Source of the DNA: Clostridia bacterium
Lineage (GTDB): Bacteria; Bacillota; Clostridia; SK-Y3
DNA length: 64,000 nucleotides
Assembly (NCBI GenBank): GCA_007117465.1
Contig: SKGK01000053.1
Coordinates: forward strand, 20,740-84,739
Direction of reading: 5' to 3'
Positions 50,215 to 60,929 of this stretch are shown piece after piece (position 1 is the first letter of the stretch; the number at the start of each line of letters is the position of its first letter). The notes under the pieces are model-generated. The model saw only the letters and a list, made by a program, of their open reading frames with translations, ran no database searches and was not told the DNA's origin. Both the position numbers and the translations under genes were made by a program.

Positions 50215-50331
50215 AATTTACATAGGAGTATGTAAAAGAGTGGGTCAGTGTTCCCACTCTTTCGCATTATAACAACCGTATTAGTTGCCAAGCAATTAAT
50301 AAACACCGTTTTAACGAGGCGGGGAAATCTT

Positions 50332-50360
50332 TTAGCCTCTTTATATATTGTTGATATAAT
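50332..50360 (+). promoter_or_regulatory. Candidate sigma-A promoter P2 upstream of rimP (extended -10 TGATATAAT, weak -35 TTAGCC)
   Basis: TG at 50352-50353 and TATAAT at 50355-50360. -35 TTAGCC at 50332-50337 with a 17-nt spacer. Confidence 0.45.
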
Positions 50361-50431
50361 AACTGTTTTTTAGACAATAATATATAGGAGAATATAAAGT
50401 GATGATTAGGTGCTTAGAAAGGGTGTGAAAA

Positions 50432-50890
50432 ATGGCTAGCGTAGAACAGCTTGTATATACATTAGCAGAACCAATTGCAGATAAGCATGGGTGTGAATTG
50501 GTAGATGTAACATTTAAAAAAGAAGGCTCAGAGTGGTTTTTGCGCTTATTTATCGATAAAGAAGGTGGTGTTACATTAGATGACTGTGAAGCTGTAAGTA
50601 GGAGCTTAAGTGATGAATTAGATCTAACTGATCCTATTTTGCAAAGTTATTATTTAGAAGTGTCATCACCAGGGATTAATAGGCCTTTAAAAAAGGACAA
50701 AGATTTTGAACTCTTTATGGGCGAACAAATCGAAGTGAAATTTTATAAAGCACTAGAAGGGCAAAAAGTTATTGTAGGCATATTAGACCAATATCAAGAA
50801 GGTGAAATTTATTTAAAATGCACCAAAGACGGCAGCATTATAAAAATAAAAAGGGAAGATGCTGCGATGGTAAGGCTTGCGGCATATTAA
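50432..50890 (+). CDS. rimP: Ribosome maturation factor RimP
   Basis: RimP family sequence (LVDVTFKKEGSEWFLRLFIDKEGGVTLDDCEAVSRSLSDELD...YYLEVSSPGINRPL). Lies upstream of nusA. Confidence 0.92.
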   Translation: MASVEQLVYTLAEPIADKHGCELVDVTFKKEGSEWFLRLFIDKEGGVTLDDCEAVSRSLSDELDLTDPILQSYYLEVSSPGINRPLKKDKDFELFMGEQIEVKFYKALEGQKVIVGILDQYQEGEIYLKCTKDGSIIKIKREDAAMVRLAAY

Positions 50891-50939
50891 ATATTTTTGT
50901 ATTGTCGCGTATTTTTTATATGGATGGGGAGGATAGAAA

Positions 50940-52004
50940 ATGAACGCTGAATTTATAGGTGCTTTAGCTCAAATTGAAAAAGAAAAGCATGTTAGTAAAG
51001 AGGTGCTAATTGATGCGATTGAAGCAGCGCTAATTTCTGCATATAAGAGGAATTTTGGCTCTTCGCAAAATGTAACGGTTCATATTGATAGGCTAACAGG
51101 CGAGGTAAAAGTATTTGCTAAGAAGAAAGTGGTAACATTTGTGGAAAACGACTTAAACGAAGTTAGCCTAGAAGATGCGAGAGAAATTAGTGGTGCGTAT
51201 GAAGAGGATGATATTGCTGAGATTGAGGTAACGCCCAAAAAGTTTGGTCGAATTGCAGCACAAACAGCTAAGCAAGTAGTTGTACAGCGAATCAGAGAAG
51301 CAGAAAGAGGAATCATCTTTAGTGAATATTCCAATAAAGAGAATGATATTGTAACAGGGATTGTACAAAGAGCAGACAAAGGGAATGTATTTATAGAGAT
51401 GGGAAAAATTGAAGCAGTATTAGCTGCAAACGAGCAAGTGCCTGGAGAACAATATCAGTATGGTGACCGAATCAAAGTGTATGTTATTGAAGTTAAAAAG
51501 ACTTCGAAAGGGCCTCAAGTATATGTTTCACGCACACATCCTGGTCTTGTTAAAAGATTGTTTGAAAAAGAAGTGCCAGAAATTCATGATGGGATTGTGG
51601 CAATTAAAAGTATTTCTAGAGAACCAGGTTCTAGAAGCAAAATTGCTGTTTATTCAGTAGACTTTAATGTAGACCCTGTAGGGGCGTGTGTAGGTCAAAA
51701 AGGAAACCGTGTACAGGTGGTTGTAGAAGAACTAAGAGGAGAAAAAATTGATATTATCAAATGGAGCAGTGACCCAGCAGAATATATAGCAACCAGCCTT
51801 AGTCCTGCGAAAGTACTTAGTGTGAAAGTGAACGAGACAGACAAAACGGCGAAGGTAATAGTGCCTGATTATCAGCTGTCATTAGCAATTGGTAAAGAAG
51901 GACAAAATGCACGTTTAGCTGCCAAACTTACAGGATGGAAAATTGATATCAGAAGTGAAACACAGGTAGTAGGAAATACCCAAGAGAATGCTTGGTCGAA
52001 TTAG
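50940..52004 (+). CDS. nusA: Transcription termination/antitermination factor NusA
   Basis: N-terminal domain, S1 domain and two KH domains ([35 protein letters not shown]). Confidence 0.96.
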   Translation: MNAEFIGALAQIEKEKHVSKEVLIDAIEAALISAYKRNFGSSQNVTVHIDRLTGEVKVFAKKKVVTFVENDLNEVSLEDAREISGAYEEDDIAEIEVTPKKFGRIAAQTAKQVVVQRIREAERGIIFSEYSNKENDIVTGIVQRADKGNVFIEMGKIEAVLAANEQVPGEQYQYGDRIKVYVIEVKKTSKGPQVYVSRTHPGLVKRLFEKEVPEIHDGIVAIKSISREPGSRSKIAVYSVDFNVDPVGACVGQKGNRVQVVVEELRGEKIDIIKWSSDPAEYIATSLSPAKVLSVKVNETDKTAKVIVPDYQLSLAIGKEGQNARLAAKLTGWKIDIRSETQVVGNTQENAWSN

Positions 52005-52037
52005 ATAAATGATAAAGTAGGTGGTGGATACACAGAT

Positions 52038-52313
52038 ATGAAACAAAAAAAGAAGCCTTTAAGAATGTGTTTAGGATGTAGAGAAATGAAGCTTAAAAAG
52101 CAACTTATTCGTGTAGTAAAAAACCAAGATGGAGAAATATCGCTTGATGCTACAGGAAAAAAGTCAGGAAGAGGTGCTTACATCTGTAATAATGTTACGT
52201 GTTTTCAAAAAGCACGTAAAAACAAACAACTGGAAAGAGCTTTTTCAAATCGTATAGAAGATGCACTATATGATGAGATGGAAAAAGCATTAGGTACTAG
52301 CGATGAAGAGTAA
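52038..52313 (+). CDS. ylxR: YlxR/RnpM family RNA-binding protein (DUF448)
   Basis: Signature RMCLGCREMKLKKQLIRVV...GRGAYIC. Conserved position after nusA. Confidence 0.87.
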   Translation: MKQKKKPLRMCLGCREMKLKKQLIRVVKNQDGEISLDATGKKSGRGAYICNNVTCFQKARKNKQLERAFSNRIEDALYDEMEKALGTSDEE

Positions 52314-52614
52314 AGCATATGCCAGGATAGGGTTAGCGATGAAAGCTGGAAAGCTAGTTTCAGGTGAAGATACATGCATGAAGGCAATTAAAAAAGGAAA
52401 AGGTAAATTGGTAATCATTGCGTCAGACAGCACATCCAATACCTGTAAAAGATTTAATAATATGTGTAAGCACCGAAATATCCCATGTATTGAATGGGGA
52501 ACCAAAGAAGAGTTAGGTAAGAGTATCGGCAAACATTATAGAGCCGTTGTATGCGTGATAGATGAATCATTTGCGCAGGTAATCATGGAAAAGTTAAGCG
52601 GGGGTGAAGCATAA
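52303..52614 (+). CDS. ylxQ: L7Ae-family RNA-binding protein YlxQ
   Basis: About 100-aa L7Ae/L30e-like protein ([28 protein letters not shown]) lying between ylxR and infB, as in B. subtilis. Confidence 0.82.
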   Translation: MKSKAYARIGLAMKAGKLVSGEDTCMKAIKKGKGKLVIIASDSTSNTCKRFNNMCKHRNIPCIEWGTKEELGKSIGKHYRAVVCVIDESFAQVIMEKLSGGEA

Positions 52615-52615
52615 T

Positions 52616-54832
52616 ATGTCAAAACAAAGAGTATATGAAATAGCAAAAGACCTTAATGTTTCTAGTAAGGATGTGATTAATAAGTTAAAAGATTACGATG
52701 TTGAAATTAAGAATCACATGAGTACACTAGAAGAGAAAGATATCAATATATTATTGGATATATATACACAAAAGCACGATGAAAGCAAAAATAGCAAGCC
52801 AATAGATGCTGATACTGTTAAAATAGAGCAAGAAAACAACACAGAAAAGATTGTCAAAGTAGCAGCACCATCTCATAAAAAAGAAAAACATTATGATACA
52901 AGACCGACAGTGGTAGAAATTGACAAATATGACAATGAGAAAATAGAAAAATTAGTGCCAGATAAAGTAAATGATGAAAAACCTACCAAACATAAAATTA
53001 AAAAGACGGCGGGCAAAATAAAAGGGAAAAAAGAAAAGACGGAGAAACCTCCTGAAAAACCTGTTGCTAAAAAACCACCTAAACTAATGAAGGTGCAAAT
53101 TCCGGATGAAATAACGGTAGCAGAAATGGCAGAGAAAATTAAAAAACCAGCTGCTGAAATTATTAAAAAATTAATGTCTCTTGGCGTAATGGCAGCTGTT
53201 AACCAAAATATTGATTATGACACCGCGTCTTTAGTTGCTGAAGATTTTGGGATAAAAGTAGAGAAAGAGATTATTGTAACGCAAGAAGAGATTCTCTTTA
53301 ATGATATGGAAGATAATCCTGCATCTTTAAAATCCCGTTCTCCAGTTGTAGTTGTCATGGGACATGTTGACCATGGTAAAACATCGCTGTTAGATGCAAT
53401 AAGACAGACCGATGTTATTGCTACTGAAGCAGGAGGCATTACGCAGCATATTGGCGCATATCGGGTGAAAATTAATGATAAAAAAATTACGTTTTTAGAT
53501 ACACCAGGGCACGAAGCATTTACTGCTATGCGTGCAAGAGGTGCGCAGGTTACAGATATTGCTATTTTAGTAGTAGCAGCAGATGATGGGATTATGCCAC
53601 AGACTGTTGAAGCTATTAACCATGCGAAGGCAGCAAAAGTTAATATCATCGTTGCGATCAATAAGATGGATAAAGAAGGTGCTAACCCTGAACGCGTCAA
53701 ACAAGAGCTAACAGAGCATGATTTGGTGCCCGAAGAATGGGGAGGCGATACCATATGTGTACCTGTTTCTGCACTTCAAAGAGAGGGGATTGATCATCTA
53801 CTAGAAATGGTACTACTAGTAGCGGAGATGCAAGAACTCAAGGCAAACCCTGAGCGACTAGCAAAAGGAACGGTAGTTGAAGCAGAGTTAGATAAAGGGC
53901 GAGGGGCAGTTGCTACTGTTTTAGTACAAAAAGGTACACTCAAAACAGGAGATGTGATTGTTGCAGGGACAGCCGTTGGAAGAATAAGAGCAATGATAAA
54001 TGATAAAGGCGTAAAAGTAGAAAGTGCAGGCCCTGCGGTACCGGTAGAAATTCTTGGGCTCTCTGAAGTGCCAGAAGCTGGTGATGTCTTTTATGCGGTA
54101 AAAGATGAAAGAATGGCACGTGTAGTAGTAGAAAAGCGAAAAGATAAAATTAAGGAAGAGCAATTTAACGCACACCACAAAGTTTCGTTGGAAGATTTAT
54201 TTGAACATATTAAACAAGGTGAAATGAAAGAGCTAAATATCATTATTAAAGCAGATGTACAAGGCTCAGCGGAAGCTGTAAAACAGTCGCTAGAAAAGCT
54301 TAGTAATGAAGATGTTCGTATAAAGACGATCCATACGGGCGTAGGAGCTATTGCAGAATCTGACATTATGCTAGCAACAGCATCGAATGCGATTATTATT
54401 GGGTTTAACGTTAGACCGAATCCAGGTGCAAGTTCTTCAGCAGCACAGCATGAAGTCGATGTAAGGTTGTACCGTGTGATTTATAATGCGATTGAAGAAA
54501 TGGAAGCGGCTATGAAGGGGCTTTTAGATCCTACATTTAAAGAGGTAATATTAGGTCATGCACAAGTGCGAGCAACATTTAAAGTATCGAATGTGGGAAC
54601 CATTGCAGGATGTTATGTGACAGATGGAAAAATTACTAGAAACTCTGATGTGCGTATTGTAAGAGACGGAGTTGTTATTCATGAAGGAAAATTAGATTCA
54701 CTAAAACGATTTAAAGATGATGCAAAAGAAGTTGCTTCAGGGTATGAATGTGGCATAGGGATAGAGAGATTCAATGATATTAAAGAGGGCGATGTCATAG
54801 AAAGCTTTACAATGGAAGAAGTAAAGGCGTAG
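52616..54832 (+). CDS. infB: Translation initiation factor IF-2
   Basis: N-terminal [21 protein letters not shown] and GTPase motifs ([24 protein letters not shown]). ATG 52616 is preferred over the ORF-track GTG 52604. Confidence 0.97.
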   Translation: MSKQRVYEIAKDLNVSSKDVINKLKDYDVEIKNHMSTLEEKDINILLDIYTQKHDESKNSKPIDADTVKIEQENNTEKIVKVAAPSHKKEKHYDTRPTVVEIDKYDNEKIEKLVPDKVNDEKPTKHKIKKTAGKIKGKKEKTEKPPEKPVAKKPPKLMKVQIPDEITVAEMAEKIKKPAAEIIKKLMSLGVMAAVNQNIDYDTASLVAEDFGIKVEKEIIVTQEEILFNDMEDNPASLKSRSPVVVVMGHVDHGKTSLLDAIRQTDVIATEAGGITQHIGAYRVKINDKKITFLDTPGHEAFTAMRARGAQVTDIAILVVAADDGIMPQTVEAINHAKAAKVNIIVAINKMDKEGANPERVKQELTEHDLVPEEWGGDTICVPVSALQREGIDHLLEMVLLVAEMQELKANPERLAKGTVVEAELDKGRGAVATVLVQKGTLKTGDVIVAGTAVGRIRAMINDKGVKVESAGPAVPVEILGLSEVPEAGDVFYAVKDERMARVVVEKRKDKIKEEQFNAHHKVSLEDLFEHIKQGEMKELNIIIKADVQGSAEAVKQSLEKLSNEDVRIKTIHTGVGAIAESDIMLATASNAIIIGFNVRPNPGASSSAAQHEVDVRLYRVIYNAIEEMEAAMKGLLDPTFKEVILGHAQVRATFKVSNVGTIAGCYVTDGKITRNSDVRIVRDGVVIHEGKLDSLKRFKDDAKEVASGYECGIGIERFNDIKEGDVIESFTMEEVKA

Positions 54833-54892
54833 CAGGTAAAAGCAATTAACAATTATTAATTAACTGTCAGCAAGGTAGGAAGGTGAAGTGTA

Positions 54893-55258
54893 ATGTTTAA
54901 TCGTATTGTTAGAATTAGTGAAGAAGTGAAGAAAGAACTAAGCATTATTGTGAGGGAATTAAAAGACCCTCGCATATCTTCTATGACAAGTGTTGTAGCG
55001 GTAGATGTGACCAAAGATTTACGATATGCAAAAGCATATATTAGCGTGTTAGGTGATGAAAAACAAAAAGAGGAAACGGTTGCAGCGCTTAAAAACGCAG
55101 CAGGGTTTGTGAGAAAAGAGATTGGAAAGAGAGTGGCGCTTAGGTATACCCCCGAATTTACCTTTGTATTAGATGATTCTATTGAACACGGTGCACATAT
55201 TTCGCAGCTGTTACAAGGTATTTCATCAGCGGAAGGAGAAGAAGATGACACTGAATAA
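54893..55258 (+). CDS. rbfA: Ribosome-binding factor A
   Basis: RbfA family sequence (RISEEVKKELSIIVRELKDPRI...VDVTKDLRYAKAYISV...RYTPEFTFVLDDS). Confidence 0.94.
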   Translation: MFNRIVRISEEVKKELSIIVRELKDPRISSMTSVVAVDVTKDLRYAKAYISVLGDEKQKEETVAALKNAAGFVRKEIGKRVALRYTPEFTFVLDDSIEHGAHISQLLQGISSAEGEEDDTE

Positions 55259-56204
55259 AATCTGTGACGTTATAAAAGGTGCTTCTAGGGTTGCTATCCT
55301 TCCTCATATTCAGGTAGATGGCGATTGTATAGGTTCATCATTTGCGCTAGCATTAGCGCTAAATGCAGCAGGGAAAAAAGCAAGAGTTATCTTAGAAGAA
55401 CAGATACCAACGTCGTATGCTTTTCTAGGAGAAGAATACCAATTTTATGATACGTTAGAGGATGCGGATAATTTTGATACCGTTATTTGTTTAGATAGTG
55501 GTGACGAGCAAAGAATTAATAAGCGCATGTCACTACTAGCGTCATGCAAAAACACCATTAATATCGACCATCATATTACTAATACAAAGTTTGCGAAATA
55601 TAATTACATAGATGAAAAGTGTGCAGCAACAGGGGAAATCATATATAGACTGATTACGCTATTAGAGATAGAGATAACAAAAGAGATGGCTACGTGTTTG
55701 TATGTAGCGATAGCTACCGATACAGGTGGATTTCGTTACACCAATACGACGGCTAATACTCACATGATAGCATCAGAATTGCTAAAAACAGGTATAGATA
55801 TCGGCGATATAAACCGAAAAATATTTGAGACCATGTCTATGCAAAAGTTAAAACTACTGATGGAAGCTGGCAGAACGATTGAACTGTTTGCTGATGGTAA
55901 AGTTGCGCTTGTATGTATTACGCGCGCTTTTATTGAGAAAGTGAGTGCGACAGACCAAGATGTTGAAGGATTATCTTCATTACCGAGGCAGATAAAAGGT
56001 GCAGAAGTTGGTATATTATTGACAGAAAAAGAGGATGAAAAAGTAAAAGTAAGTTTGCGCTCAAATCAATATGTAGATGTGTCTAAAATTGCAATGTTTT
56101 TTGATGGAGGCGGTCACCAAAGGGCAAGCGGGTGCACCTTGTTTATGAGTATAGATACAGCCAAACAAAAAGTGATAGAGAAGGTGCTAGAGCAGCTTAT
56201 ATAA
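55245..56204 (+). CDS. nrnA: DHH/DHHA1 phosphoesterase (NrnA-type oligoribonuclease/pAp phosphatase)
   Basis: DHH motifs (HIQVDGDCIGS, CLDSGD, NIDHHITN) and the DHHA1 GGGH motif (FDGGGHQRASG). ATG 55245 lies behind GGAGAAG; the ORF-track start 55173 is inside rbfA. Confidence 0.87.
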   Translation: MTLNKICDVIKGASRVAILPHIQVDGDCIGSSFALALALNAAGKKARVILEEQIPTSYAFLGEEYQFYDTLEDADNFDTVICLDSGDEQRINKRMSLLASCKNTINIDHHITNTKFAKYNYIDEKCAATGEIIYRLITLLEIEITKEMATCLYVAIATDTGGFRYTNTTANTHMIASELLKTGIDIGDINRKIFETMSMQKLKLLMEAGRTIELFADGKVALVCITRAFIEKVSATDQDVEGLSSLPRQIKGAEVGILLTEKEDEKVKVSLRSNQYVDVSKIAMFFDGGGHQRASGCTLFMSIDTAKQKVIEKVLEQLI

Positions 56205-56218
56205 AGGAGAGAAGGATA

Positions 56219-57130
56219 ATGGATTGCGTTATAAATATATTAAAACCGCCGGGCATGACGTCGCATGATGTTGTCTATTATGTGCGCAAACATACAGGTA
56301 TCAAAAAAGTAGGGCACACAGGTACATTAGATCCCCAAGCAGCAGGTGTATTGCCGGTATGCATTGGTAAAGCAACCAAAGTTGCTGAGGATATTACAGG
56401 CAAGGACAAAGTCTATCGTGCCGTATTAAAACTAGGTGTGACAACGGATACTCAAGATGCAGAGGGTACGATTATAGCGCAGAAAGAAGTAAAAATTTCC
56501 AAGGAAATACTCTATAATACGATTGCTAGTTTCAAAGGGAATATATCACAAATTCCGCCTATGCATTCAGCTATCAAAATAAACGGGCGAAAATTATATG
56601 ACCTTGCGCGAAAAGGAATAGCAGTAGATAGGCCTGCGCGGCAGGTAAACATACATAAGATAGAGGTACTTGATATAGACCTGCCACGTAAAGAAGTATT
56701 ACTGACGGTAACATGTTCAAAAGGAACGTATATTCGAACATTGTGTCATGATATAGGGGAGAAACTTGGATGTGGCGCACATATGCAGTTTTTATTACGT
56801 ATGGCAAGTGGGCAATTTGATATAGAGAAAGCCATAGATTTAGAAGAGTTTGCTAAGCTTTGCGAAGAGAAACGTATCCAATCACAAGTACTATCCATAG
56901 ATGCTTTTTTTTCAAAGTATCCAAAGATTATCGTGACACAAGCAGGAGAACAAAAAGTGACAAATGGCAATGTTGTCAGTGAAAATTTTTTACATACAAA
57001 TGATATAACATTGGTGAAAGATGCTATATATCGTGTATATAATGAACAAGGGAAGTTTTTATGTCTTTCACGTATAGTGGACAATCATACGCATACCAAA
57101 CATTTAAAACTAGAAAAAAGCTTTTATTGA
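56219..57130 (+). CDS. truB: tRNA pseudouridine-55 synthase
   Basis: Conserved N-terminus (INILKPPGMTSHDVV...VGHTGTLDPQAAGVLPVCIG) with the catalytic Asp. ATG 56219 lies behind an AAGGAGAGAAGG RBS; the ORF-track start 56132 is an over-extension. Confidence 0.94.
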   Translation: MDCVINILKPPGMTSHDVVYYVRKHTGIKKVGHTGTLDPQAAGVLPVCIGKATKVAEDITGKDKVYRAVLKLGVTTDTQDAEGTIIAQKEVKISKEILYNTIASFKGNISQIPPMHSAIKINGRKLYDLARKGIAVDRPARQVNIHKIEVLDIDLPRKEVLLTVTCSKGTYIRTLCHDIGEKLGCGAHMQFLLRMASGQFDIEKAIDLEEFAKLCEEKRIQSQVLSIDAFFSKYPKIIVTQAGEQKVTNGNVVSENFLHTNDITLVKDAIYRVYNEQGKFLCLSRIVDNHTHTKHLKLEKSFY

Positions 57131-57150
57131 ATAAATTTGGAGTGACTTAT

Positions 57151-58083
57151 ATGGACGTGATTTTTTCGCGATTAAAAAACGAAATGGATATCCCTAATCA
57201 AACAGTAGTTGCACTAGGGAATTTTGATGGTTTACATCTAGGACATATGGCATTAATAGAGAAGGCATTTGCTATTAGCAGGCAAGAGCATCTTAACGCA
57301 ATGGTTTATACATTTGAAAATCATCCGCAAAATATAATTGCAGGACGAAATGTTGTTCCAATAATCACGACAAATGAAATGAAACAAAAGTTACTGCGTG
57401 ATTATGGTATCGATTATCTATATTTTCAGCATTTTGATGATGCTATTATGCAAATGAAGCCAGAACAATTCGTAATACAAGTGCTAAAACAAAATTTAAA
57501 GGTGAAATCAGTAGTGGTGGGTTTTCATTATCACTTTGGATATAAAGGGAAGGGGGATGTGGCGCTATTAAAAAAGATTGCCAGTCAACATGATATGAAT
57601 GTTTATATCATTCCTCCTGTAAAAGTCGATAATCAAATTGTAAGCAGTACAAGTATTCGACAGCTTATTATAAAGGGGGATGTGCAAAAAGCATCGCTTT
57701 TTCTTGGGCGCTATTATAGTATTGCAGGACAGGTACGTAAAGGCAAACAATTAGGTAGAAAGATAGGATTTCCAACTATCAATTTATACAATACCAAAGA
57801 TACGATTATGCCTGCGAGAGGCGTATATGTTACGTATACCGTTGTTGCAGGCAAAAGATACGAAAGCATTACAAATGTCGGTTGTAATCCTACGGTAGAA
57901 GCAGGAGATATAAAAGTGGAGACACACTTACTAATGTTTAATGATGATTTGTACGACCAACAGGTGGGCATACAGTTTATCAAAAAAGTGCGAGATGAGA
58001 TAAAATTTCAAAGTGTAGCAGATTTGACAGCGCAAATTGCACAGGATGTTTTATATGCGAAACAGTATTTTCCGAGTCAATAA
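57151..58083 (+). CDS. ribF: Bifunctional riboflavin kinase / FMN adenylyltransferase
   Basis: FAD synthetase N domain (ALGNFDGLHLGHMAL) plus a riboflavin kinase C domain (GFPTINL, ETHLLMF). ATG 57151 lies behind GGAGTG; the ORF-track start 57061 overlaps truB. Confidence 0.94.
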   Translation: MDVIFSRLKNEMDIPNQTVVALGNFDGLHLGHMALIEKAFAISRQEHLNAMVYTFENHPQNIIAGRNVVPIITTNEMKQKLLRDYGIDYLYFQHFDDAIMQMKPEQFVIQVLKQNLKVKSVVVGFHYHFGYKGKGDVALLKKIASQHDMNVYIIPPVKVDNQIVSSTSIRQLIIKGDVQKASLFLGRYYSIAGQVRKGKQLGRKIGFPTINLYNTKDTIMPARGVYVTYTVVAGKRYESITNVGCNPTVEAGDIKVETHLLMFNDDLYDQQVGIQFIKKVRDEIKFQSVADLTAQIAQDVLYAKQYFPSQ

Positions 58084-58091
58084 AAAAACTA

Positions 58092-58120
58092 TTTACAATT
58101 ACCTTAATATATGTTAAAAT
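58092..58120 (+). promoter_or_regulatory. Candidate sigma-A promoter of rpsO (TTTACA-N17-TAAAAT with TGn)
   Basis: -35 TTTACA at 58092-58097, a 17-nt spacer, TG at 58112-58113 and TAAAAT at 58115-58120. Confidence 0.55.
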
Positions 58121-58202
58121 ACAAGATGGTATCAGCCTTGCAGCTGGGATTAAGGAGTCACCGACCTTATTCGCAGCTTTTGGCGATTAAAAGAGGAGGT
58201 GA

Positions 58203-58472
58203 ATGAAAATGTTACCAGAGAAGAAACAGTCGATTATAGAGACTTATCGTATTCATGAAAGTGATACAGGTTCTCCAGAAGTACAGATTGCCCTACTTAC
58301 TGAACAAATAAATCATCTGAATGAACATCTTAAAATTCATAAAAAAGATCATCATTCAAGAAGAGGACTTCTAAAAATGGTAGGTCAGCGTAGAGGATTA
58401 TTGAATTATTTGATAAAAAGTGATATTGAAAGGTACAGAATAATCATCGGCAAATTAAATCTGAGAAAATAG
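58203..58472 (+). CDS. rpsO: 30S ribosomal protein S15
   Basis: Full-length S15 similarity ([49 protein letters not shown]). ATG 58209 is an equally plausible start. Confidence 0.96.
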   Translation: MKMLPEKKQSIIETYRIHESDTGSPEVQIALLTEQINHLNEHLKIHKKDHHSRRGLLKMVGQRRGLLNYLIKSDIERYRIIIGKLNLRK

Positions 58473-58477
58473 TTTGT

Positions 58478-58503
58478 AAATGAGCGGTGGTAACCGCTCA
58501 TTT
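58478..58503 (+). terminator. Hairpin after rpsO (terminator or attenuator)
   Basis: 10-bp stem AAATGAGCGG pairing with CCGCTCATTT around loop TGGTAA. The T-tract is short and lies partly inside the stem. Confidence 0.6.
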
Positions 58504-58732
58504 CATTATGCGTGTAATGTCAATTTATATGCAGATGGATTTGGAAGTATCGGTGGGTTTACATTTTTTAACGGATAATTGTAAAGAAGTTGTACATAAT
58601 AAAGATAAAGAAAGTGTGTAGCTATTAGCCATTAGCCATTAGACAAGCACTTTATTGTACATAGAGTTTTTATCTAAGTGCTAAATCTAGTAGCTACATT
58701 TCACACGGGATAACCAAAAGGAGGTAATACTT

Positions 58733-60832
58733 ATGCACAAGACGTTTGAAATGGAATTAGCAGGAAGAACACTGTCTGTAGAAGTAGGCAAGTACGCAGA
58801 ACTTGCAAATGGGGCTGCTTTATTACGTTATGGAGATACAGTTTTATTAGCAGTAGCGACAGCATCAGAAAAGCCAAGAGATGGTATTGACTTTTTTCCA
58901 CTCAGTGTAGATTATCAAGAGAAACTTTATGCCGTAGGAAAGATTCCAGGGAGCTTTTTAAAAAGAGAAGGAAGGCCTTCAGACAATGCAGTTTTAACAT
59001 CTAGAATGATTGATAGACCGCTTAGACCACTTTTTCCAAAAGATTTTAGAAATGATGTATCGATTGTTACAACGGTATTTTCAGTTGAACAAGATAATTC
59101 ACCTGAAATTGTGTCCATGATTGGTTCAGCACTCGCTGTTTCAATTTCAGATATCCCATTTAAAGGTCCAATGGCAGGCGTATCAGTGGGATTAGTAGAG
59201 GGAGAATTCGTTATAAATCCTACCGCTAAGCAGCGAGTAAAGAGTGATATGGAGCTAACGGTTGCAGGGAGCAAAGATAAAGTCGTGATGATTGAAGCGG
59301 GCGCAAATGAAGTATCAGAAGATATCATGCTAGAAGCTATTATGTATGGGCACAAAGCGGTTCAAGAAATATGTGAATTTATTGATAAGATTGTAGCAGA
59401 AGTAGGAAAAGAAAAGTTTAACTATGAGTCCTTAAATGTAGATGAAGCGCTTTATGAAGATATTAAAGCGTATGCACACGATAAAGTACAAGCAGCGCTA
59501 GATACAGACGATAAGAATATTCGAGAAGAAAATCTAAGTGCAGTTTATGAAGATGTTTTTACTCACTTTGAAGAAAAATATCCTGAGATGCAAGCAGCAA
59601 TACAAGAAGCGTTATATAAACTTCAAAAGCAAATTGTACGCAGATGGATTCTAGATGAAGGAAAACGTTCAGATGGTAGAGGATTAAAGGATATTAGACA
59701 ACTGTCAGCAGAGGTTGGTCTCTTACCAAGAACGCATGGGACAGGCCTATTTAAAAGAGGTCAGACACAAGTGCTGACCATTGCTACATTAGGTGCCATG
59801 GGTGATGTACAAAAGTTAGACGGATTAAACGAAGAAGAAAGTAAAAGATATATGCATCATTATAACTTCCCACCATTTAGTGTAGGCGAAGCGAAACCAT
59901 CAAGAGGGCCTGGTAGAAGAGAGATTGGTCATGGTGCGTTAGCAGAGCGTTCGTTAGAACCTGTACTCCCTAGTGAACAAGAATTTCCATATGCGATTCG
60001 ATTGGTATCAGAGGTATTAAGCTCTAATGGTTCTACTTCACAAGGAAGTGTATGTGGAAGCACACTCGCACTGATGGATGCAGGTGTACCAATAAAAGCA
60101 CCTGTTGCGGGTATTTCAGTCGGACTCGTAACAGAAGGAGAACGTTTTGTTACGCTTACAGATATTCAAGGATTAGAAGACTTTTTTGGGGATATGGACT
60201 TTAAGGTAGCGGGAACGAAGGCTGGGATTACAGCTATTCAGATGGACATTAAGATTGACGGATTGACTCGCGAAATTATTGAAAAAGCTTTGTATCAAAC
60301 TAGAGATGCACGAATATATATATTAGATGAGGTAATGCTAAAAGCAATTGAGAAGCCAAGAGAAAACTTATCAAAATATGCACCTAAGATTATTACCACT
60401 AATATTGATCCTGATAAAATTAGAGATGTTATTGGTCCGGGTGGCAAGATTATTCAAAGAATTATTGCAGATACAGGTGTCAAAATTGACATAGAAGATA
60501 CAGGTAAAGTCTTCATTTCTACATCAGATGAAGAGGCAGCACAAAAGGCACTCGATATAATTCATGGTATAACCAAAGAAGTAGAGCCAGGTACGATATT
60601 TATGGGTAAAGTAGTTCGTATTATGAATTTTGGCGCGTTTGTAGAATTTTTACCTGGAAAAGAAGGATTAGTACACATCTCTAAACTAGATAATAAGCGC
60701 GTAGAAAAAGTAGAAGATGTTGTAAAAGTTGGCGATGAGATTTTAGTGAAAGTATTAGAAGTTGACAAACAAGGGCGTATTAATCTTTCGCGAAAAGATG
60801 CCATGCCACAAGAGCCAAAACAGGATAATTAG
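58733..60832 (+). CDS. pnp: Polyribonucleotide nucleotidyltransferase (PNPase)
   Basis: Two RNase PH domains, a KH domain ([11 protein letters not shown]) and an S1 domain ([15 protein letters not shown]). AGGAGG RBS upstream. Confidence 0.97.
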   Translation: MHKTFEMELAGRTLSVEVGKYAELANGAALLRYGDTVLLAVATASEKPRDGIDFFPLSVDYQEKLYAVGKIPGSFLKREGRPSDNAVLTSRMIDRPLRPLFPKDFRNDVSIVTTVFSVEQDNSPEIVSMIGSALAVSISDIPFKGPMAGVSVGLVEGEFVINPTAKQRVKSDMELTVAGSKDKVVMIEAGANEVSEDIMLEAIMYGHKAVQEICEFIDKIVAEVGKEKFNYESLNVDEALYEDIKAYAHDKVQAALDTDDKNIREENLSAVYEDVFTHFEEKYPEMQAAIQEALYKLQKQIVRRWILDEGKRSDGRGLKDIRQLSAEVGLLPRTHGTGLFKRGQTQVLTIATLGAMGDVQKLDGLNEEESKRYMHHYNFPPFSVGEAKPSRGPGRREIGHGALAERSLEPVLPSEQEFPYAIRLVSEVLSSNGSTSQGSVCGSTLALMDAGVPIKAPVAGISVGLVTEGERFVTLTDIQGLEDFFGDMDFKVAGTKAGITAIQMDIKIDGLTREIIEKALYQTRDARIYILDEVMLKAIEKPRENLSKYAPKIITTNIDPDKIRDVIGPGGKIIQRIIADTGVKIDIEDTGKVFISTSDEEAAQKALDIIHGITKEVEPGTIFMGKVVRIMNFGAFVEFLPGKEGLVHISKLDNKRVEKVEDVVKVGDEILVKVLEVDKQGRINLSRKDAMPQEPKQDN

Positions 60833-60875
60833 CATGTAGGGAGATAGGTGAAATAAAAAAGGTGTTGTAATTTTC

Positions 60876-60910
60876 AAAAAGGACAGAAAGATTTTCTGCC
60901 CTTTTTATTT
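60876..60910 (+). terminator. Rho-independent terminator after pnp
   Basis: AAAAAGGACAGAAA pairs with TTTCTGCCCTTTTT with one A.C mismatch, followed by TTTTTATTTT. Confidence 0.8.
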
Positions 60911-60929
60911 TCCTATAAGGAGGTAATAT

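Noticed and set aside
58621-58642. tRNA-like fragments: AGCCATTAG (resembling a tRNA-Lys 5' end) here, and the CAGTTGGATAGG D-arm-like boxes at 3478-3489 and 10341-10351.
   Set aside because: No acceptor, anticodon or T-arm (GGTTCGAATCC-type) complement is nearby, so no cloverleaf can form. I treat them only as short motif resemblance.
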